Shown: positions 46,968 to 58,437, counted from the first letter of the stretch. The stretch: DNA of 64,000 bases from Gemmatimonadota bacterium (GCA_003221005.1 QHTZ01000081.1:19725-83724), one strand, 5' to 3'. Notes: a model not told the origin generated them from the sequence alone. Translations and numbers: made by a program.

Positions 46968-47357
46968 ATGTCGAAGATTCCCGACGACCTGCGCTACACC
47001 AAGGAGCACGAATACGTGAAGCAGACGAACGACTCCGCTGTCGTGCAGGTCGGCATCACCGACTACGCGCAGGGTGAGCTGGGCGACGTGGTGTTCGTGG
47101 AGCTTCCCAAGGCCGGCAGCTCGTTCGGCCGGGGGGACGTGTTCGGAACAATCGAGGCCGTGAAGGCCGTTTCGGAGCTCTATAGCCCCGTCACCGGCAC
47201 CGTGACCGAGGTGAACACCGGGCTCGAAGGTGATCCCGCACTCGTGAACCGCGACCCGTACGGCGGCGGCTGGATGATCAAGCTGCGCGTCAAGAATCCG
47301 GCGGACTTCGACGGCCTGCTGGGGAGCGCGGCGTACAAGAAGCACGTCGGGGAGTGA
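46968..47357 (+). CDS. gcvH: glycine cleavage system H protein
   Basis: ATG at 46968. [27 protein letters not shown] and the lipoyl-lysine motif [15 protein letters not shown]. Confidence 0.93.
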   Translation: MSKIPDDLRYTKEHEYVKQTNDSAVVQVGITDYAQGELGDVVFVELPKAGSSFGRGDVFGTIEAVKAVSELYSPVTGTVTEVNTGLEGDPALVNRDPYGGGWMIKLRVKNPADFDGLLGSAAYKKHVGE

Positions 47358-47380
47358 AGCCTCCAGCCAAGACTACCCGC

Positions 47381-50272
47381 ATGCCGAAAGCACCTGTGCC
47401 CCTGCCCCCCGTTGACCGGTTCGCCGCGCGGCACATCGGCCCGCGCCCGGACGACATCAACGAGATGGCGGAGGCGCTGGGCTACGACTCGCTCGACGAG
47501 CTGATCGACGCGGTCGTGCCGGAGGACATCCGGCTGCGGCGCCCTCTGGCCCTCCCCCCCGGCCGTAGCGAGCGCGAGGTGCTGGAAGAGCTGCGCGCGA
47601 TCGCCGGAGCCAACCAGGTGTTCCGATCCTTCATCGGCATGGGTTACTCGCGCTGCTTCACACCGCCCGTGATCCAGCGCAACGTGCTCGAGGACCCTGG
47701 CTGGTATACGGCGTACACGCCCTACCAGGCCGAGATCGCGCAGGGGCGGCTGGAAGCGCTGCTCAACTTCCAGACCGTGATCTCCAATCTGACAGGCCTC
47801 GAGATCGCCAACGCGTCGCTGCTCGACGAAGCCACTGCCGCGGCCGAAGCGATGCACCTCACCGAAGCGGTGAGCAAGCAAACGGGGGCGCGCACGTACC
47901 TCGTGTCCGAAGGGTGCCACCCCCAGACGATCGCCGTCGTGCGCACTCGGGCCGCAGCGCGCGGCATCACGGTTGTGTTGGGCGACCCCGCGACATTCCA
48001 GTTTGGGCCGGGCGTCATCGGCGCGCTGGTGCAGTATCCTGCGACCGACGGCAAGATCGAGGACTACCGCGGCCTGTGCGAGGCGGCGCACTCCGCGGAC
48101 GCACTCGTGACAGTCGCGACCGACCTGCTGGCGCTCACGCTGCTCGCGCCACCCGGGGAATGGGGCGCCGACGTTGCCGTGGGCTCGAGCCAGCGGCTCG
48201 GGGTGCCGATGGGGTACGGTGGGCCGCACGCGGCATTCTTCGCCACGCGCGACGCCTACAAGCGCCACCTCCCCGGCCGGATCATCGGCGTCTCGCGCGA
48301 CCCCGCCGGGCGCCTAGCGCTCCGTATGGCGCTGCAGACGCGCGAGCAGCACATCCGGCGCGAGAAGGCGACGAGCAACGTCTGCACGGCGCAGGTGCTG
48401 CTCGCCGTGATCGCAAGCATGTACGCGGTCTATCATGGCCCCGAGGGCCTGCGGCGCATCGCGGAGCGGGTGCATACACTCACCGGGCTGCTCGCCGCGG
48501 CACTGCGCCGGTTGGGCTACCGCATCGTCCACGGTGCTTTCTTCGATACGCTGTGCGTCGAGGTAGAGCCGTGGGCGCTGCAGCGGCTGCTCGACGCGGC
48601 GCGGGCGCGCGGCATCAACCTGCGGACGATCTCGCCCACCCGCATCGGGATCGCGCTCGACGAGCCCACCACGCTCGGCGACATCGCCGACCTCGTGACC
48701 GTCTTCGCTGTGAACGAGGTGCTCCCCTTCATGGTGGAGGACCTAGGCGCGAAGGCCGACAGCGCGATCCCCGCGCCGCTGCGCCGCACGTCGCCCTACC
48801 TCACGCACCCGGTGTTCCACAAATACCGCTCCGAGACGGAGATGCTGCGGTACATCAAGCAGCTCGAGTCCCGCGACCTGTCGCTCACCGCGGCGATGAT
48901 CCCACTCGGCTCATGCACGCTGAAGCTCAACGCCAGCTTCGAGATGCTGCCGCTGTCCTGGCTCGAGTTGAGCCGCCTGCACCCGTTCGCGCCGCTCGAG
49001 CAGTCGCGCGGCTATCAGACGCTATTCCGGCAGCTCGAGGAACAGCTTGCCGAGATCACAGGGCTGCCCCACGTCTCGCTGCAACCCAACTCCGGCGCCC
49101 AGGGGGAGTTCGCCGGGCTGCTCGTGATCCGCGCGTACCACGAGGCGCGGGCCGAGGGACATCGCACCACCTGTCTGATCCCCACCTCGGCGCACGGGAC
49201 CAACCCCGCGAGCGCCGTCATGGCGGGGCTGCAGGTTGTCCCGGTGCAGACCGACGCGCGCGGCAACATCGACGTCGCCGACCTGCGCACCAAGGCCGCC
49301 GCGCACCGCGACTCCCTCGCCGCCGTGATGGTCACGTATCCGTCCACCCACGGCGTGTTCGAGTCCTCGATCCGCGACATCTGCGCGATCGTGCACGAGC
49401 ACGGCGGGCAGGTGTACCTGGACGGCGCCAACATGAACGCCCAGGTGGGGCTGTGCCGCCCCGGCGACTTCGGCGCTGACGTCTGCCACCTCAACCTGCA
49501 CAAGACGTTTTGCATCCCGCACGGCGGCGGCGGCCCCGGTATGGGCCCGATCTGCGTCGCCCCGCATCTCGCGCCGTTTCTGCCCGACCACCCCGTCGTG
49601 CCGCTGGGCCGGGCGCAGTCGTGCGGCACGGTGTCGGCGGCGCCGTGGGGCAGCCCCTGGATCCTGCCGATCTCCTGGGCCTACTGCGCTGCGATGGGCC
49701 GCGACGGGCTGACGGAGGCGACCAAGGTCGCCATCCTCAACGCCAACTACGTCGCGAAACGCCTCGCGGGGCATTACGAGCTGCTCTACTCCGGCCGCAA
49801 CGGCCTCGTCGCCCACGAGTGCATTATCGACACGCGGCCGTTCAAGCAGTCGGCGGGCGTGGACGTCGAGGACATCGCTAAGCGCATCATCGATTACGGC
49901 TTCCACCCGCCCACCGTCTCGTTCCCGGTGGCGGGCACGCTGATGATCGAGCCGAGCGAGAGCGAATCGAAGGAGGAGCTAGACCGGTTTTGCGACGCGC
50001 TGATCGCGATCCGCGAGGAGATCCGTGAGATCGAAGAGGGACGGAGCTCGCGCGACAACAATCTCCTCAGCAACGCACCCCACACGCTGGAGGACGTGAT
50101 CAGCGACCGCTGGGACCGGCCCTACTCGCGGGAGCGCGCGGCGTTCCCGTCACCGTCGACGCGGCGCCACAAGGTATGGCCGTCCGTCGGCCGGGTAGAT
50201 GGAGCGTACGGGGACCGTAACCTGGTGTGCGTGTGTCCGCCGGTCGAGGCGTACGCGGAGGCTGTGAAATGA
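47381..50272 (+). CDS. gcvP: glycine dehydrogenase (decarboxylating), single-chain P protein
   Basis: [29 protein letters not shown] and [16 protein letters not shown] (PLP lysine). GTG 47354 (GTGA overlap with gcvH) is an alternative start. Confidence 0.95.
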   Translation: MPKAPVPLPPVDRFAARHIGPRPDDINEMAEALGYDSLDELIDAVVPEDIRLRRPLALPPGRSEREVLEELRAIAGANQVFRSFIGMGYSRCFTPPVIQRNVLEDPGWYTAYTPYQAEIAQGRLEALLNFQTVISNLTGLEIANASLLDEATAAAEAMHLTEAVSKQTGARTYLVSEGCHPQTIAVVRTRAAARGITVVLGDPATFQFGPGVIGALVQYPATDGKIEDYRGLCEAAHSADALVTVATDLLALTLLAPPGEWGADVAVGSSQRLGVPMGYGGPHAAFFATRDAYKRHLPGRIIGVSRDPAGRLALRMALQTREQHIRREKATSNVCTAQVLLAVIASMYAVYHGPEGLRRIAERVHTLTGLLAAALRRLGYRIVHGAFFDTLCVEVEPWALQRLLDAARARGINLRTISPTRIGIALDEPTTLGDIADLVTVFAVNEVLPFMVEDLGAKADSAIPAPLRRTSPYLTHPVFHKYRSETEMLRYIKQLESRDLSLTAAMIPLGSCTLKLNASFEMLPLSWLELSRLHPFAPLEQSRGYQTLFRQLEEQLAEITGLPHVSLQPNSGAQGEFAGLLVIRAYHEARAEGHRTTCLIPTSAHGTNPASAVMAGLQVVPVQTDARGNIDVADLRTKAAAHRDSLAAVMVTYPSTHGVFESSIRDICAIVHEHGGQVYLDGANMNAQVGLCRPGDFGADVCHLNLHKTFCIPHGGGGPGMGPICVAPHLAPFLPDHPVVPLGRAQSCGTVSAAPWGSPWILPISWAYCAAMGRDGLTEATKVAILNANYVAKRLAGHYELLYSGRNGLVAHECIIDTRPFKQSAGVDVEDIAKRIIDYGFHPPTVSFPVAGTLMIEPSESESKEELDRFCDALIAIREEIREIEEGRSSRDNNLLSNAPHTLEDVISDRWDRPYSRERAAFPSPSTRRHKVWPSVGRVDGAYGDRNLVCVCPPVEAYAEAVK

Positions 50273-51033
50273 AGCACCTCCTGGTGGACCCCGTGGGCCG
50301 CCGCGGGTGGGTCAACATGTCCTTCGACCAGGCCCTGCTCGACGACGCCGACCGGTTGGGAACCGCCACACTCCGGCTCTACCGCTGGGATCCCCCCTGC
50401 CTCTCCCTCGGCCGCAACGAATCCACGCGCCACTACGATCGCGCCCGGATCGCACAACTCGGAATAGACGTCGTGCGGCGGCCCACCGGCGGGCGCGCGG
50501 TGTGGCACGAGCACGAAGTCACCTACGCCGTCGCCGCGCCCGTGGATAGGTTCGGCTCCCTGCGTGCCGCCTACTGCACCATCCATCAGAGGCTCGCGGC
50601 GGCGCTGCGATCCCTCGGCGCCGATGCCACCCTCGCACCCACCCGCCCAACCGCCAAACCGCCTAACCGGCTCTCCGCCTGCTTCTCACACCCAGTCGGC
50701 GGCGAGGTGCTGATCGCCGGGTGCAAAGTCGTCGGCTCCGCCCAGCTGCGGCAGGGCGATGCCTTTCTGCAACACGGCTCGATTCTGCTGGGAGGGGCGC
50801 AGGAGACGATTGAAGCTGTCATCCGTCAGCCGTCAGCTATCAGACATCAGACTTCAGACGTCAGAACCGCGACGACGCTCTCGGCTGCGCTCGGTCGATC
50901 GGTAACGTTTGAGGAGGTTGCCAACGCCATCATGAGCACGTGGGGCGACGGCTTCAGCTCTACCGCCCCCTACCGCCCCTTACCGTCCCTTACCGCCCTT
51001 TTCTCAGACCCTTCCTGGACCTGGCGTCGCTAG
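50269..51033 (+). CDS. lipoate-protein ligase/octanoyltransferase-family (BPL/LPL catalytic domain) protein with repeat-derived 3' end
   Basis: ATGA overlap with the gcvP stop. [55 protein letters not shown]. Confidence 0.75.
   Translation: MKHLLVDPVGRRGWVNMSFDQALLDDADRLGTATLRLYRWDPPCLSLGRNESTRHYDRARIAQLGIDVVRRPTGGRAVWHEHEVTYAVAAPVDRFGSLRAAYCTIHQRLAAALRSLGADATLAPTRPTAKPPNRLSACFSHPVGGEVLIAGCKVVGSAQLRQGDAFLQHGSILLGGAQETIEAVIRQPSAIRHQTSDVRTATTLSAALGRSVTFEEVANAIMSTWGDGFSSTAPYRPLPSLTALFSDPSWTWRR
50823..50864 (+). repeat. six tandem heptamers (CCGTCAG-type) in-frame in a CDS
   Basis: CCGTCAG CCGTCAG CTATCAG ACATCAG ACTTCAG ACGTCAG. 42 nt = 14 codons ([14 protein letters not shown]). Complement-type of the 44658 array. 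Confidence 0.8.
50961..51000 (+). repeat. four tandem decamers (TACCGCCCCY)
   Basis: TACCGCCCCC TACCGCCCCT TACCGTCCCT TACCGCCCTT. Encodes the [10 protein letters not shown] tail. Confidence 0.8.
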
Positions 51034-51048
51034 ACCTGGCGCCGCTAG
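51019..51048 (+). repeat. tandem 15-mer duplication that includes the stop codon
   Basis: ACCTGGCGTCGCTAG / ACCTGGCGCCGCTAG (14/15 identical). The first TAG (51031-51033) is the gene's stop. Confidence 0.8.
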
Positions 51049-51060
51049 CAGGGGCGCACA

Positions 51061-52743
51061 ATGTTAGGCGCCATGCCGATCGCCCCCTTTAGCCCCCGTA
51101 CGACCGCGCTCACCAGCCTGCTCTGCCTCGCGCTCCTCGGCTGTGAGCGCCGCGGCGGCTGCACCGGCGAGTACTGCGGCACGCTCGTGTTCGCCTCCGT
51201 GGGCGAGCCGGACGGCTTGCTGCCCCCCGTGCTTCAGTCCACCGTGGGCCGCGACGTGAGCGACCAGATCTTCCTGAAGCTCGCCGACATCGGGCTCTCC
51301 ACCAACACGATGGGGGACGAGGACTTCACGCCGCTCCTGGCAGAGCGCTGGGAGTGGGACGGCCCGCTGACGCTCGTGTTCCACCTGGATCCGAGGGCGC
51401 GCTGGCAGGACGGGCGGCGCGTCACCGCTGCCGACGTGGTGTTCACCTACGACGCGTACAACGACGAGCGGGTCAACTCTCCCTACCGCACGGGTCTGCA
51501 CTGGATCAGCGCGGTGACGTCGCGCGACTCGCTCACCGCCGTCGTGCGGTTCCGACGGCGCTATCCCGAGATGTTCTACGACGCCGTGTTTCACATGCGG
51601 ATCCTGCCGGGGCACCTGCTGCGCAACATCCCGCGCGACCAATGGCGCAGCACGGCGTTCGCGCGGGCGCCGGTAGGCGACGGCCCCTATCGCTTCGTGG
51701 CTTGGAAGGCGGGCGAGAATCTGGAGCTCGCGGCGGACTCGACGTTCTTTCTGGGTCGGCCGCACATTCGGCGGCTGATCTGGCGCTTCACCCCCGACCT
51801 CCAGGTGGCGGTGACGCAGCTCGTCGCCGGCGAGGCCGATGCCCTCGAGGTGCTGCTCTCACCTGACAACATCGAGCGCGTGCAGGCGACGCCGCACCTC
51901 GCGACTTACCCCTACCGCGGCAACGCCTACGGCTATCTCGGGTTCAATCTCGTGGCCCCGGGCGATTCCACCCACCCGCATCCGCTGTTCGGGGACCGGG
52001 AGCTGCGCCGCGCCCTGGCGATGGCGATCGACCGCGAGCGGCTCGCCAAGAGCGTCTTCGGCGGGCACGCCAAGGTGCCCCCGGGGCCGATGTCGCAGCT
52101 GTGGTGGATCTGGGATCCGGAGACGCGGGAGCTGCCCTACGACACGACACACGCGGCACGGCTGCTCACCCAGCGTGGGTGGATCGACTCGGACGGCGAC
52201 GGCGTGCGCGACCGCAACGGCGTGAAGCTCTCGTTTCGCCTCGTCGTGCCCACGACCAGTGCCGTGCGCCGCCAGTACGCGCGCCTGCTCCAGGAGCAGC
52301 TGCGCCGCGTCGGCGTCGAGGTGCTGATCGACGAAGTGGATTTCAGCGTCCTGCTGCAGCGCGTGCAGACGGGGCAGTTCGACGCGATGATCCAGACCTG
52401 GAACACCGACCCGACGCCGTCGTCCGGGATCGGGCAGACGTGGACCCAGGGCGGAGTCGGCCGGTCCAACTACCTGCGCTACATCAATCCCGCGTTCGAC
52501 CAGCTGGTGGAGCAGGCCACCGCGAGCTTCGACCGCGCCCAGGCGCGCCGGACGTGGCGCCGGGCGATGGAGCTCCTCAACCAAGACGCGCCCGCCGTGT
52601 TCCTGTTCGCCCCCGAGAACGTCGCCGCGATTCACCGCCGCATCGCCGACGTCGCGATCCGCCCCGACTCGTGGTGGGCGCTGGTGCGCACCTGGCGCAT
52701 CCCGCCGGACCGGATGATCGATCGAGACCGCGTGGAGCGCTAG
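51061..52743 (+). CDS. ABC transporter substrate-binding lipoprotein (peptide/nickel family 5)
   Basis: 560 aa. Lipobox LALLGC. Family-5 SBP features (RWQDGRRVTAADVVFTY, FVAWKAGENLEL). Confidence 0.85.
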   Translation: MLGAMPIAPFSPRTTALTSLLCLALLGCERRGGCTGEYCGTLVFASVGEPDGLLPPVLQSTVGRDVSDQIFLKLADIGLSTNTMGDEDFTPLLAERWEWDGPLTLVFHLDPRARWQDGRRVTAADVVFTYDAYNDERVNSPYRTGLHWISAVTSRDSLTAVVRFRRRYPEMFYDAVFHMRILPGHLLRNIPRDQWRSTAFARAPVGDGPYRFVAWKAGENLELAADSTFFLGRPHIRRLIWRFTPDLQVAVTQLVAGEADALEVLLSPDNIERVQATPHLATYPYRGNAYGYLGFNLVAPGDSTHPHPLFGDRELRRALAMAIDRERLAKSVFGGHAKVPPGPMSQLWWIWDPETRELPYDTTHAARLLTQRGWIDSDGDGVRDRNGVKLSFRLVVPTTSAVRRQYARLLQEQLRRVGVEVLIDEVDFSVLLQRVQTGQFDAMIQTWNTDPTPSSGIGQTWTQGGVGRSNYLRYINPAFDQLVEQATASFDRAQARRTWRRAMELLNQDAPAVFLFAPENVAAIHRRIADVAIRPDSWWALVRTWRIPPDRMIDRDRVER

Positions 52744-53718
52744 ATGGCCACGTGGCTGGTGCGGCGCGTCGCCGCCTCGCTCGCCATCGTCTTCGCCGTC
52801 GTCACCTTCACGTTCCTGCTGCTGCACCTCGCGCCGGGCGAGCCGTTCCTCCCGAGCGGCGACACGCCGATCGACCCCGCGGTCGTGGCCCGCCTGCGAC
52901 ACCAGTTCGGGCTCGACCAGTCGCTGCCGCTGCAGTACGCGAAATACCTCGGCGCGCTCGCCCACGGCCAGCTGGGCGAGTCCTTCGCCCTGCACCGCCC
53001 CGTGGCCGACGCGCTCGGGGACGCGATCCCCAACACCCTCGTGCTCGTCGGCACCGCGCTGGTCCTCGAGTTGCTGCTGGGCCTCGCGTTCGGCGTATAC
53101 CAGGCAGCGCGCGCGCGCCGCCTCCCGGACGTCGCCCTCGGGTACGCGACGCTGTTTCTCAACTCGGTGCCGACTTTCTGGCTGGGATTGCTGCTGCTGC
53201 TCGTGTTCGGAGAGGCGCTGCGCTGGTTCCCCGTGGGGGGCGTGGTCGATCCGGTGGTCCACGCCTCGCTCCCCTGGGCCGGCCGAACAGCCGACCGGCT
53301 GTGGCACCTCGCCCTGCCGGCGCTGACCCTCGGCTGCGTGGGCGCCGCGGGCACGGCGCGCTACGAGCGCGCCGCCATGCTCGAGGTCATCAACCAGGAT
53401 TACGTGCGCACCGCCCGTGCCAAGGGCCTCCCCGAGCGCCGCGTGGTGCTGGTCCACGCACTGCGCAACGCGTTGCTCCCGCTCGTCACGCTGTTCGGGC
53501 TCTCATTCCCGTTTCTCCTGACGGGTGCAGTGCTGGTCGAGTGGGTGTTCGCCTGGCCGGGGATGGGCAAGCTCACGGCCGAGGCCATCTTCCGGCGCGA
53601 CTATCCAGTGGTGCTCGCCGCCGCAACCAGCGCGAGCACGATGGTCGTGCTCGGCAGTCTGCTGGCCGACGTGCTGTACGCCATCGCCGATCCGCGCATC
53701 CGGGTGCACGGCGAGTGA
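52744..53718 (+). CDS. ABC transporter permease (OppB/DppB-like)
   Basis: 324 aa. EAA-loop region YVRTARAKGLPERRVVLVHALRNALLPLVT. Confidence 0.9.
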   Translation: MATWLVRRVAASLAIVFAVVTFTFLLLHLAPGEPFLPSGDTPIDPAVVARLRHQFGLDQSLPLQYAKYLGALAHGQLGESFALHRPVADALGDAIPNTLVLVGTALVLELLLGLAFGVYQAARARRLPDVALGYATLFLNSVPTFWLGLLLLLVFGEALRWFPVGGVVDPVVHASLPWAGRTADRLWHLALPALTLGCVGAAGTARYERAAMLEVINQDYVRTARAKGLPERRVVLVHALRNALLPLVTLFGLSFPFLLTGAVLVEWVFAWPGMGKLTAEAIFRRDYPVVLAAATSASTMVVLGSLLADVLYAIADPRIRVHGE

Positions 53719-54665
53719 ACCTGCGCGCGACGCTCGCGCTGCTGGGCGCGCTGGCGCTCGCCCTCTTCGTGGTAGGCGAAGCGCGCCGCCACGCCGCCGC
53801 AACGCCCGCGCGGCGGCGCTTCTTCCGGCACCGGCCCGCCGCGTGGGGCCTCTTCGTGCTCAGCTTCTTCGTCACCCTGGCCATCGCCGCGCCCTGGGTC
53901 GCGCCGTACGGCCCGTCGGTCACGCTCGAGATCGTGACGCTCAAGAACCAGCCCCCCTCGCTGCTCCATCCCCTCGGCACCGACCTCTATAGCCGCGACG
54001 TGTGGAGCCGTCTGGTGTACGGCTCGCGCGTGTCGCTCTCGATCGGTGCCCTCGCGATGCTGGTCGCCGTCACCGTCGGCGCGGTCGTCGGCGCAGTGGC
54101 GGGGTACGTGCGCCGCTGGGTGGACACGGCGCTGATGCGTCTCGTGGACGTAGGACTCGCCGTCCCCCGCATCTTTCTCATGCTCATGGCGATCGCCCTG
54201 TGGCAGCGCCTACCGCTCGCGCTGTTCGTGCTCTTGATCGGGCTCACCGGCTGGTTCGGGACGAGCCGCCTGGTGCGCGCCGAAGTCCTCACGCTGCGCG
54301 AGCGCGACTTCGTGGCCGCCGCCCGCGGGCTGGGCGCCGGACCCGCCCGCATCATCCTGCGCCACGTGCTGCCCAACGTCGCCGCCCCGATCATCGTCTC
54401 CGCGGCGCTCGGCATCGGCAACGTGATGCTGCTCGAGGCCGGGTTGTCGTTCCTCGGCATCGGCGTGCCGCCGCCCTTGCCCTCCTGGGGCAACATGATC
54501 GCCGACGGCGCCGCGCAGCTCGCGACCGCGCCGTGGACCACGCTCTTCCCCGGCCTCGCCATCGCGCTGGTCGTGATGGCGCTCAACGCCGTGGGCGACG
54601 CGCTGCGTGACGCCCTCGACCCGCGGCGGGAAGCGGAGTGGGATACCGACGGGGCGACGCTGTGA
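53715..54665 (+). CDS. ABC transporter permease (OppC/DppC-like)
   Basis: GTG at 53715 (GTGA overlap). HPLGTDLYSRDVWSRLVYG, DFVAAARGLGAGPARIILRHVLPNVAAPIIV. Confidence 0.9.
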   Translation: MNLRATLALLGALALALFVVGEARRHAAATPARRRFFRHRPAAWGLFVLSFFVTLAIAAPWVAPYGPSVTLEIVTLKNQPPSLLHPLGTDLYSRDVWSRLVYGSRVSLSIGALAMLVAVTVGAVVGAVAGYVRRWVDTALMRLVDVGLAVPRIFLMLMAIALWQRLPLALFVLLIGLTGWFGTSRLVRAEVLTLRERDFVAAARGLGAGPARIILRHVLPNVAAPIIVSAALGIGNVMLLEAGLSFLGIGVPPPLPSWGNMIADGAAQLATAPWTTLFPGLAIALVVMALNAVGDALRDALDPRREAEWDTDGATL

Positions 54666-55684
54666 CGGAGCTGCTGCTGCGGGTGCGCGACCTCCGGACC
54701 TACTTCGTCACCGAGCAGGGGCGCGGGACGGCGCGCGCCGTGGACGGGGTGTCGTTCGATCTGCATGCGGGCGAGACGCTGGGCATCGTGGGGGAGTCGG
54801 GGTGCGGCAAGACGGTCACGTCGCTGTCCCTGCTCCGCCTCATCCCCGAGCCGCCGGGTCACATCCTGCCCGGGAGCTTCATCGAGCTCGAGGGCCGCAA
54901 CCTGCTCACGCTCGCGCCCAAGGCGCTGCGCGCGATCCGCGGCAACGAGATGGCGATGATCTTCCAGGAGCCGATGACATCGCTCAACCCGGTGTTCACG
55001 GTCGGCGACCAGATTGCCGAGGCGGCGATTGTGCACCAGGGACTGTCGCGCCGCGCGGCGCGCGCCCGCGCGATTGAGATGCTCAAGCTCGTCGGCCTCC
55101 CCGACCCCGAGACCCGCGTGGACCACTACCCGCACCAGCTCTCAGGCGGGATGCGCCAGCGGGTGATGATCGCCATGGCCCTCGTGTGCGGGCCCAAGGT
55201 GCTCATCGCGGACGAGCCCACGACGGCGCTCGACGTGACGATCCAGGCGCAGATCCTCGAGCTCCTGAACCGGCTCCAGGACGAGCTCGGCATGGCAGTC
55301 ATCCTCATCACGCACGACCTGGGGATCGTGGCGGGGACGGTGGACCGGGTGCTCGTGATGTACGCGGGTCAGGTGGTGGAATCGGCGCCGACTCCGGAGC
55401 TGTTCGCGCGGCCGCTGCATCCCTACACCGAGGGGCTGCTCGCCTCGGTGCCGCGGCTCGACACCCCGCACCCGCGACGGCGACTGCACAGCATCCCCGG
55501 TCAGGTCCCCGCGGCGACGGCGTGGCCTGCGGGGTGCCGGTTCCATCCGCGCTGTCCCTACGCGTGGGACCGCTGCACCGTGGAGGAGCCGCCGCTGCTG
55601 GACGCGGGCAAAGGGGAGCCCGCGAGCCACGTAGTGCGCTGCTGGCTGCTCGCCGAGCCCGCGCGCAGGACGCGCCAGCCGTGA
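54662..55684 (+). CDS. ABC transporter ATP-binding protein (OppD/DppD-like)
   Basis: GTG at 54662 (GTGA overlap). [34 protein letters not shown]. Confidence 0.9.
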   Translation: MTELLLRVRDLRTYFVTEQGRGTARAVDGVSFDLHAGETLGIVGESGCGKTVTSLSLLRLIPEPPGHILPGSFIELEGRNLLTLAPKALRAIRGNEMAMIFQEPMTSLNPVFTVGDQIAEAAIVHQGLSRRAARARAIEMLKLVGLPDPETRVDHYPHQLSGGMRQRVMIAMALVCGPKVLIADEPTTALDVTIQAQILELLNRLQDELGMAVILITHDLGIVAGTVDRVLVMYAGQVVESAPTPELFARPLHPYTEGLLASVPRLDTPHPRRRLHSIPGQVPAATAWPAGCRFHPRCPYAWDRCTVEEPPLLDAGKGEPASHVVRCWLLAEPARRTRQP

Positions 55685-56679
55685 TAGCGCTCGCTCCGCT
55701 CGTCTCGGTCCAAGATCTCGTTAAGCACTTCCCCGCGGGCCGCGCATTGTGGGGGCTGGGCCGGCCGCGCCCCGCGGTGCGGGCCGTGAGCCACGTTTCG
55801 TTCGACATCGCGCCCGGGCAGACGCTCGGCCTCGTGGGTGAATCGGGGTGCGGCAAGACCACGCTCGGCCGTACGATCCTGCGGCTGATCGAGCCCGACG
55901 CCGGCCGGGTTATCGTGGACGGCGCGGACGTGTTCGCGCTCAAGCCGCCCGAGCTGCGCGCGTTGCGCCGGCGCATGCAGGTCGTGTTCCAGGATCCCTA
56001 TGGCTCGCTCAACCCGCGCATGAGCGTGCGCCAGACGCTCGCCGAGCCGCTCGTGATCCACCGGTTGGCGAACGGGACCGAGCGCGAGCAGCGCATCTTC
56101 GCGCTGCTTGACGAGGTCGGGCTCGACCGGCGGCTCGCGGGGAGCTATCCGCACGAGCTCTCCGGCGGGCAGCGCCAGCGGGTCGGCATCGCGCGCGCGC
56201 TGTCGGTGGAGCCCAAGTTCCTCGTGCTCGACGAGGCCGTGAGCGCGCTCGACGTGTCGGTCCAGGCGCAGGTGTTGAACCTGCTCGCGGACCTGCAGCA
56301 ACGGCGCCGGCTCACCTATCTCTTCATCGCCCACGACCTCGCCGTGGTGCGCCAGATCGCCGACCACGTCACCGTGATGTACCTCGGGAAGATCGTCGAG
56401 CTCGCGCCCGCGGCCGAGCTGTACCGCGGCCCGCGCCATCCCTACACGACTTCCCTCCTGTCAGCCGTGCCCGTCCCCGACCCGAATGCCCAGCGCCAGC
56501 GCCTCGTGCTCGCGGGCGACGTGCCGTCGCCCGCGCATCCGCCGAGCGGGTGCGCGTTCCATCCCCGCTGCCCGCATCCCAAGAAGAACGAGCGGTGCCG
56601 CACCGAGGAGCCGGCGTTGCGCGAGATCGCCCCCGGGCAGCTCGCGGCCTGCCACTTCGCCGAGGAGCCGATGCAATGA
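55681..56679 (+). CDS. ABC transporter ATP-binding protein (OppF/DppF-like)
   Basis: GTG at 55681 (GTGA overlap). [35 protein letters not shown]. Confidence 0.9.
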   Translation: MIALAPLVSVQDLVKHFPAGRALWGLGRPRPAVRAVSHVSFDIAPGQTLGLVGESGCGKTTLGRTILRLIEPDAGRVIVDGADVFALKPPELRALRRRMQVVFQDPYGSLNPRMSVRQTLAEPLVIHRLANGTEREQRIFALLDEVGLDRRLAGSYPHELSGGQRQRVGIARALSVEPKFLVLDEAVSALDVSVQAQVLNLLADLQQRRRLTYLFIAHDLAVVRQIADHVTVMYLGKIVELAPAAELYRGPRHPYTTSLLSAVPVPDPNAQRQRLVLAGDVPSPAHPPSGCAFHPRCPHPKKNERCRTEEPALREIAPGQLAACHFAEEPMQ

Positions 56680-56771
56680 ACAGGCTCAGTGCCCTGCTCC
56701 GCGATCTCCAGTTCTGGGTCCCCGTCGCCGTGCTCGTGGGCGGCCTCTTGGTGCTGCGATGGATCCGGTAG
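56676..56771 (+). CDS. 31-aa single-helix micro-ORF overlapping both neighbours
   Basis: [35 protein letters not shown] overlap with the ATPase stop. The downstream gene's ATG (56759) lies inside it. Confidence 0.3.
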   Translation: MNRLSALLRDLQFWVPVAVLVGGLLVLRWIR

Positions 56772-58030
56772 ACCAATCCCGGCTGCGCCGGCTGCAGCTA
56801 GTGGGCGTGGCGAGCGGCTTCACAGCGGGCGCCTGGCTCGGCGCGGCCGAGGCGCCGACCAAGATGGTCACGCTCGGCATTCCCCCGGTCGTCATCTCGC
56901 TCGCGATGGTGCTGGGCGTGTTTCTGGCGCGGTGGAGCTTGCCGGCGCTGCTCCGCGGGTCGGCGGCGATCGGGGCGGATGTGCGCCAGGCGCCGCACCT
57001 CGTGGTGTGGGCGGTGCTCGCGGGGTGTCTCTGGGCAGTCGCCAACACGCTCACGATCTTCGCGATCCGGGACATCGGACTCTCGATCGCGTTTCCCCTG
57101 TGGAACTCGAACAGCCTGCTCGGCATCGTGTGGGGGTTCGTGTTTTTCAACGAGCTGCGGCAGGCGGGATGGGCGCGGTGGGCGGGGGTGCTGGGCGGCG
57201 CGGTGCTGATGTTCGGCGGTGCGATGCTCCTCGCGGTGGCGTCGTCCGGCACGCCGGGGACGAGTGGTCACGCGGCGCGTGGGGTCGCCGCAGCGCTCGC
57301 GGCGGGGGTGCTGTGGGGGACGATGTACATCCCCTATCGCAAGGCGTATCTGACGGGGATGAATCCGCTGTCGTTCATCACGTTTTTCACGATCGGCGAG
57401 CTCGTAATGATGACGGCGCTCGCGGTGAGCGACCGGGGCGGGGTCGCCGCGCTCATGGCGGAGCTGTCGCGCGCCCGCGATGTGCTGTTCTGGCTGTTAT
57501 GCGGCGGGTTCGTGTGGGTGGTGGGCGATCTGTTCCAGCAGTATGCCGCGAAGTACGTGGGGATCAGCCGCGGGATCCCGCTCTCGAACACGAACCAGCT
57601 GTGGGGACTCGCCTGGGGGATTCTGGTGTTTGGCGAGCTCAAGGGCGCGGCGGGGGCAAGCTATGCCCAGGTGATCGGCGGCTCGCTATTGATGGCGGCC
57701 GGTGCGGCCGCGATCGCGCTAGCTACGGCTAGGCCCGAGGAGCATTTGCGCTGGCAGGAAGCGGCGGGCCGAGAGGGCGCGCGGTACGGCGTGGATCCGG
57801 CGTATGTGCGCTCGGGGCTCGCGGGGGAGGGGACGACGGTGAGAACCCGCACGTGGCTCGACTGGGGCATCGTGATCGCGGCTACTGCAGTGTTCGTGGG
57901 ATTTGGGCTGGTGGCTCGCGTCCCGGAGCTGGCGGTGGGCGGGGGTGCGATGGTGGCGCTGGTGGTCGCGTCGCTCGGCCTGCTCGGGGGGACCGGGTGG
58001 TTGTTGTGGCGGACGACGGGGTTTAATTGA
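56759..58030 (+). CDS. polytopic membrane protein (DMT/GRP sugar-transporter-like)
   Basis: ATG at 56759 inside track ORF 56486..58030. About 10 hydrophobic segments. Family assignment is tentative. Confidence 0.55.
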   Translation: MDPVDQSRLRRLQLVGVASGFTAGAWLGAAEAPTKMVTLGIPPVVISLAMVLGVFLARWSLPALLRGSAAIGADVRQAPHLVVWAVLAGCLWAVANTLTIFAIRDIGLSIAFPLWNSNSLLGIVWGFVFFNELRQAGWARWAGVLGGAVLMFGGAMLLAVASSGTPGTSGHAARGVAAALAAGVLWGTMYIPYRKAYLTGMNPLSFITFFTIGELVMMTALAVSDRGGVAALMAELSRARDVLFWLLCGGFVWVVGDLFQQYAAKYVGISRGIPLSNTNQLWGLAWGILVFGELKGAAGASYAQVIGGSLLMAAGAAAIALATARPEEHLRWQEAAGREGARYGVDPAYVRSGLAGEGTTVRTRTWLDWGIVIAATAVFVGFGLVARVPELAVGGGAMVALVVASLGLLGGTGWLLWRTTGFN

Positions 58031-58041
58031 GGGGAGGATCC

Positions 58042-58437
58042 ATGTTCTCCCGCCTCGGCTCCATCGCGATTGTCGCCCTAGCATGCAGCACATCTCCCGG
58101 CGTTCAACCGCCTCTGAATCAGCCCTTCTCACTGCGCATCGGCGAAAGCGCTCGATTCCCCGATGCCAATCTCACCGTCACCTTCCGCGCCGTTTCCGAG
58201 GACTCCCGGTGCCCCCGAGATGTAGTCTGCGTCTGGGCAGGGAACGGCCAAGTTGTGCTCGAGGTGCGGCTCAGCACTTCTGTCCGCACCGTCGTGCTCA
58301 ATACCACTACCCAGCCGCATGAGGTCTCTGTCGGCTCCTACCGACTCGCGCTCGAAGAGCTAACGCCCGTCCCGGAGTCTCAGAGCCGCATCCCACCGAG
58401 CGAGTACACGGCCACGCTCAAGCTACAGGCTGGCTAG
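58042..58437 (+). CDS. small lipoprotein, unknown function
   Basis: ATG 58042 with a GGGGAGGA SD. MFSRLGSIAIVALAC lipobox. Cys pair CPRDVVC. Confidence 0.5.
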   Translation: MFSRLGSIAIVALACSTSPGVQPPLNQPFSLRIGESARFPDANLTVTFRAVSEDSRCPRDVVCVWAGNGQVVLEVRLSTSVRTVVLNTTTQPHEVSVGSYRLALEELTPVPESQSRIPPSEYTATLKLQAG

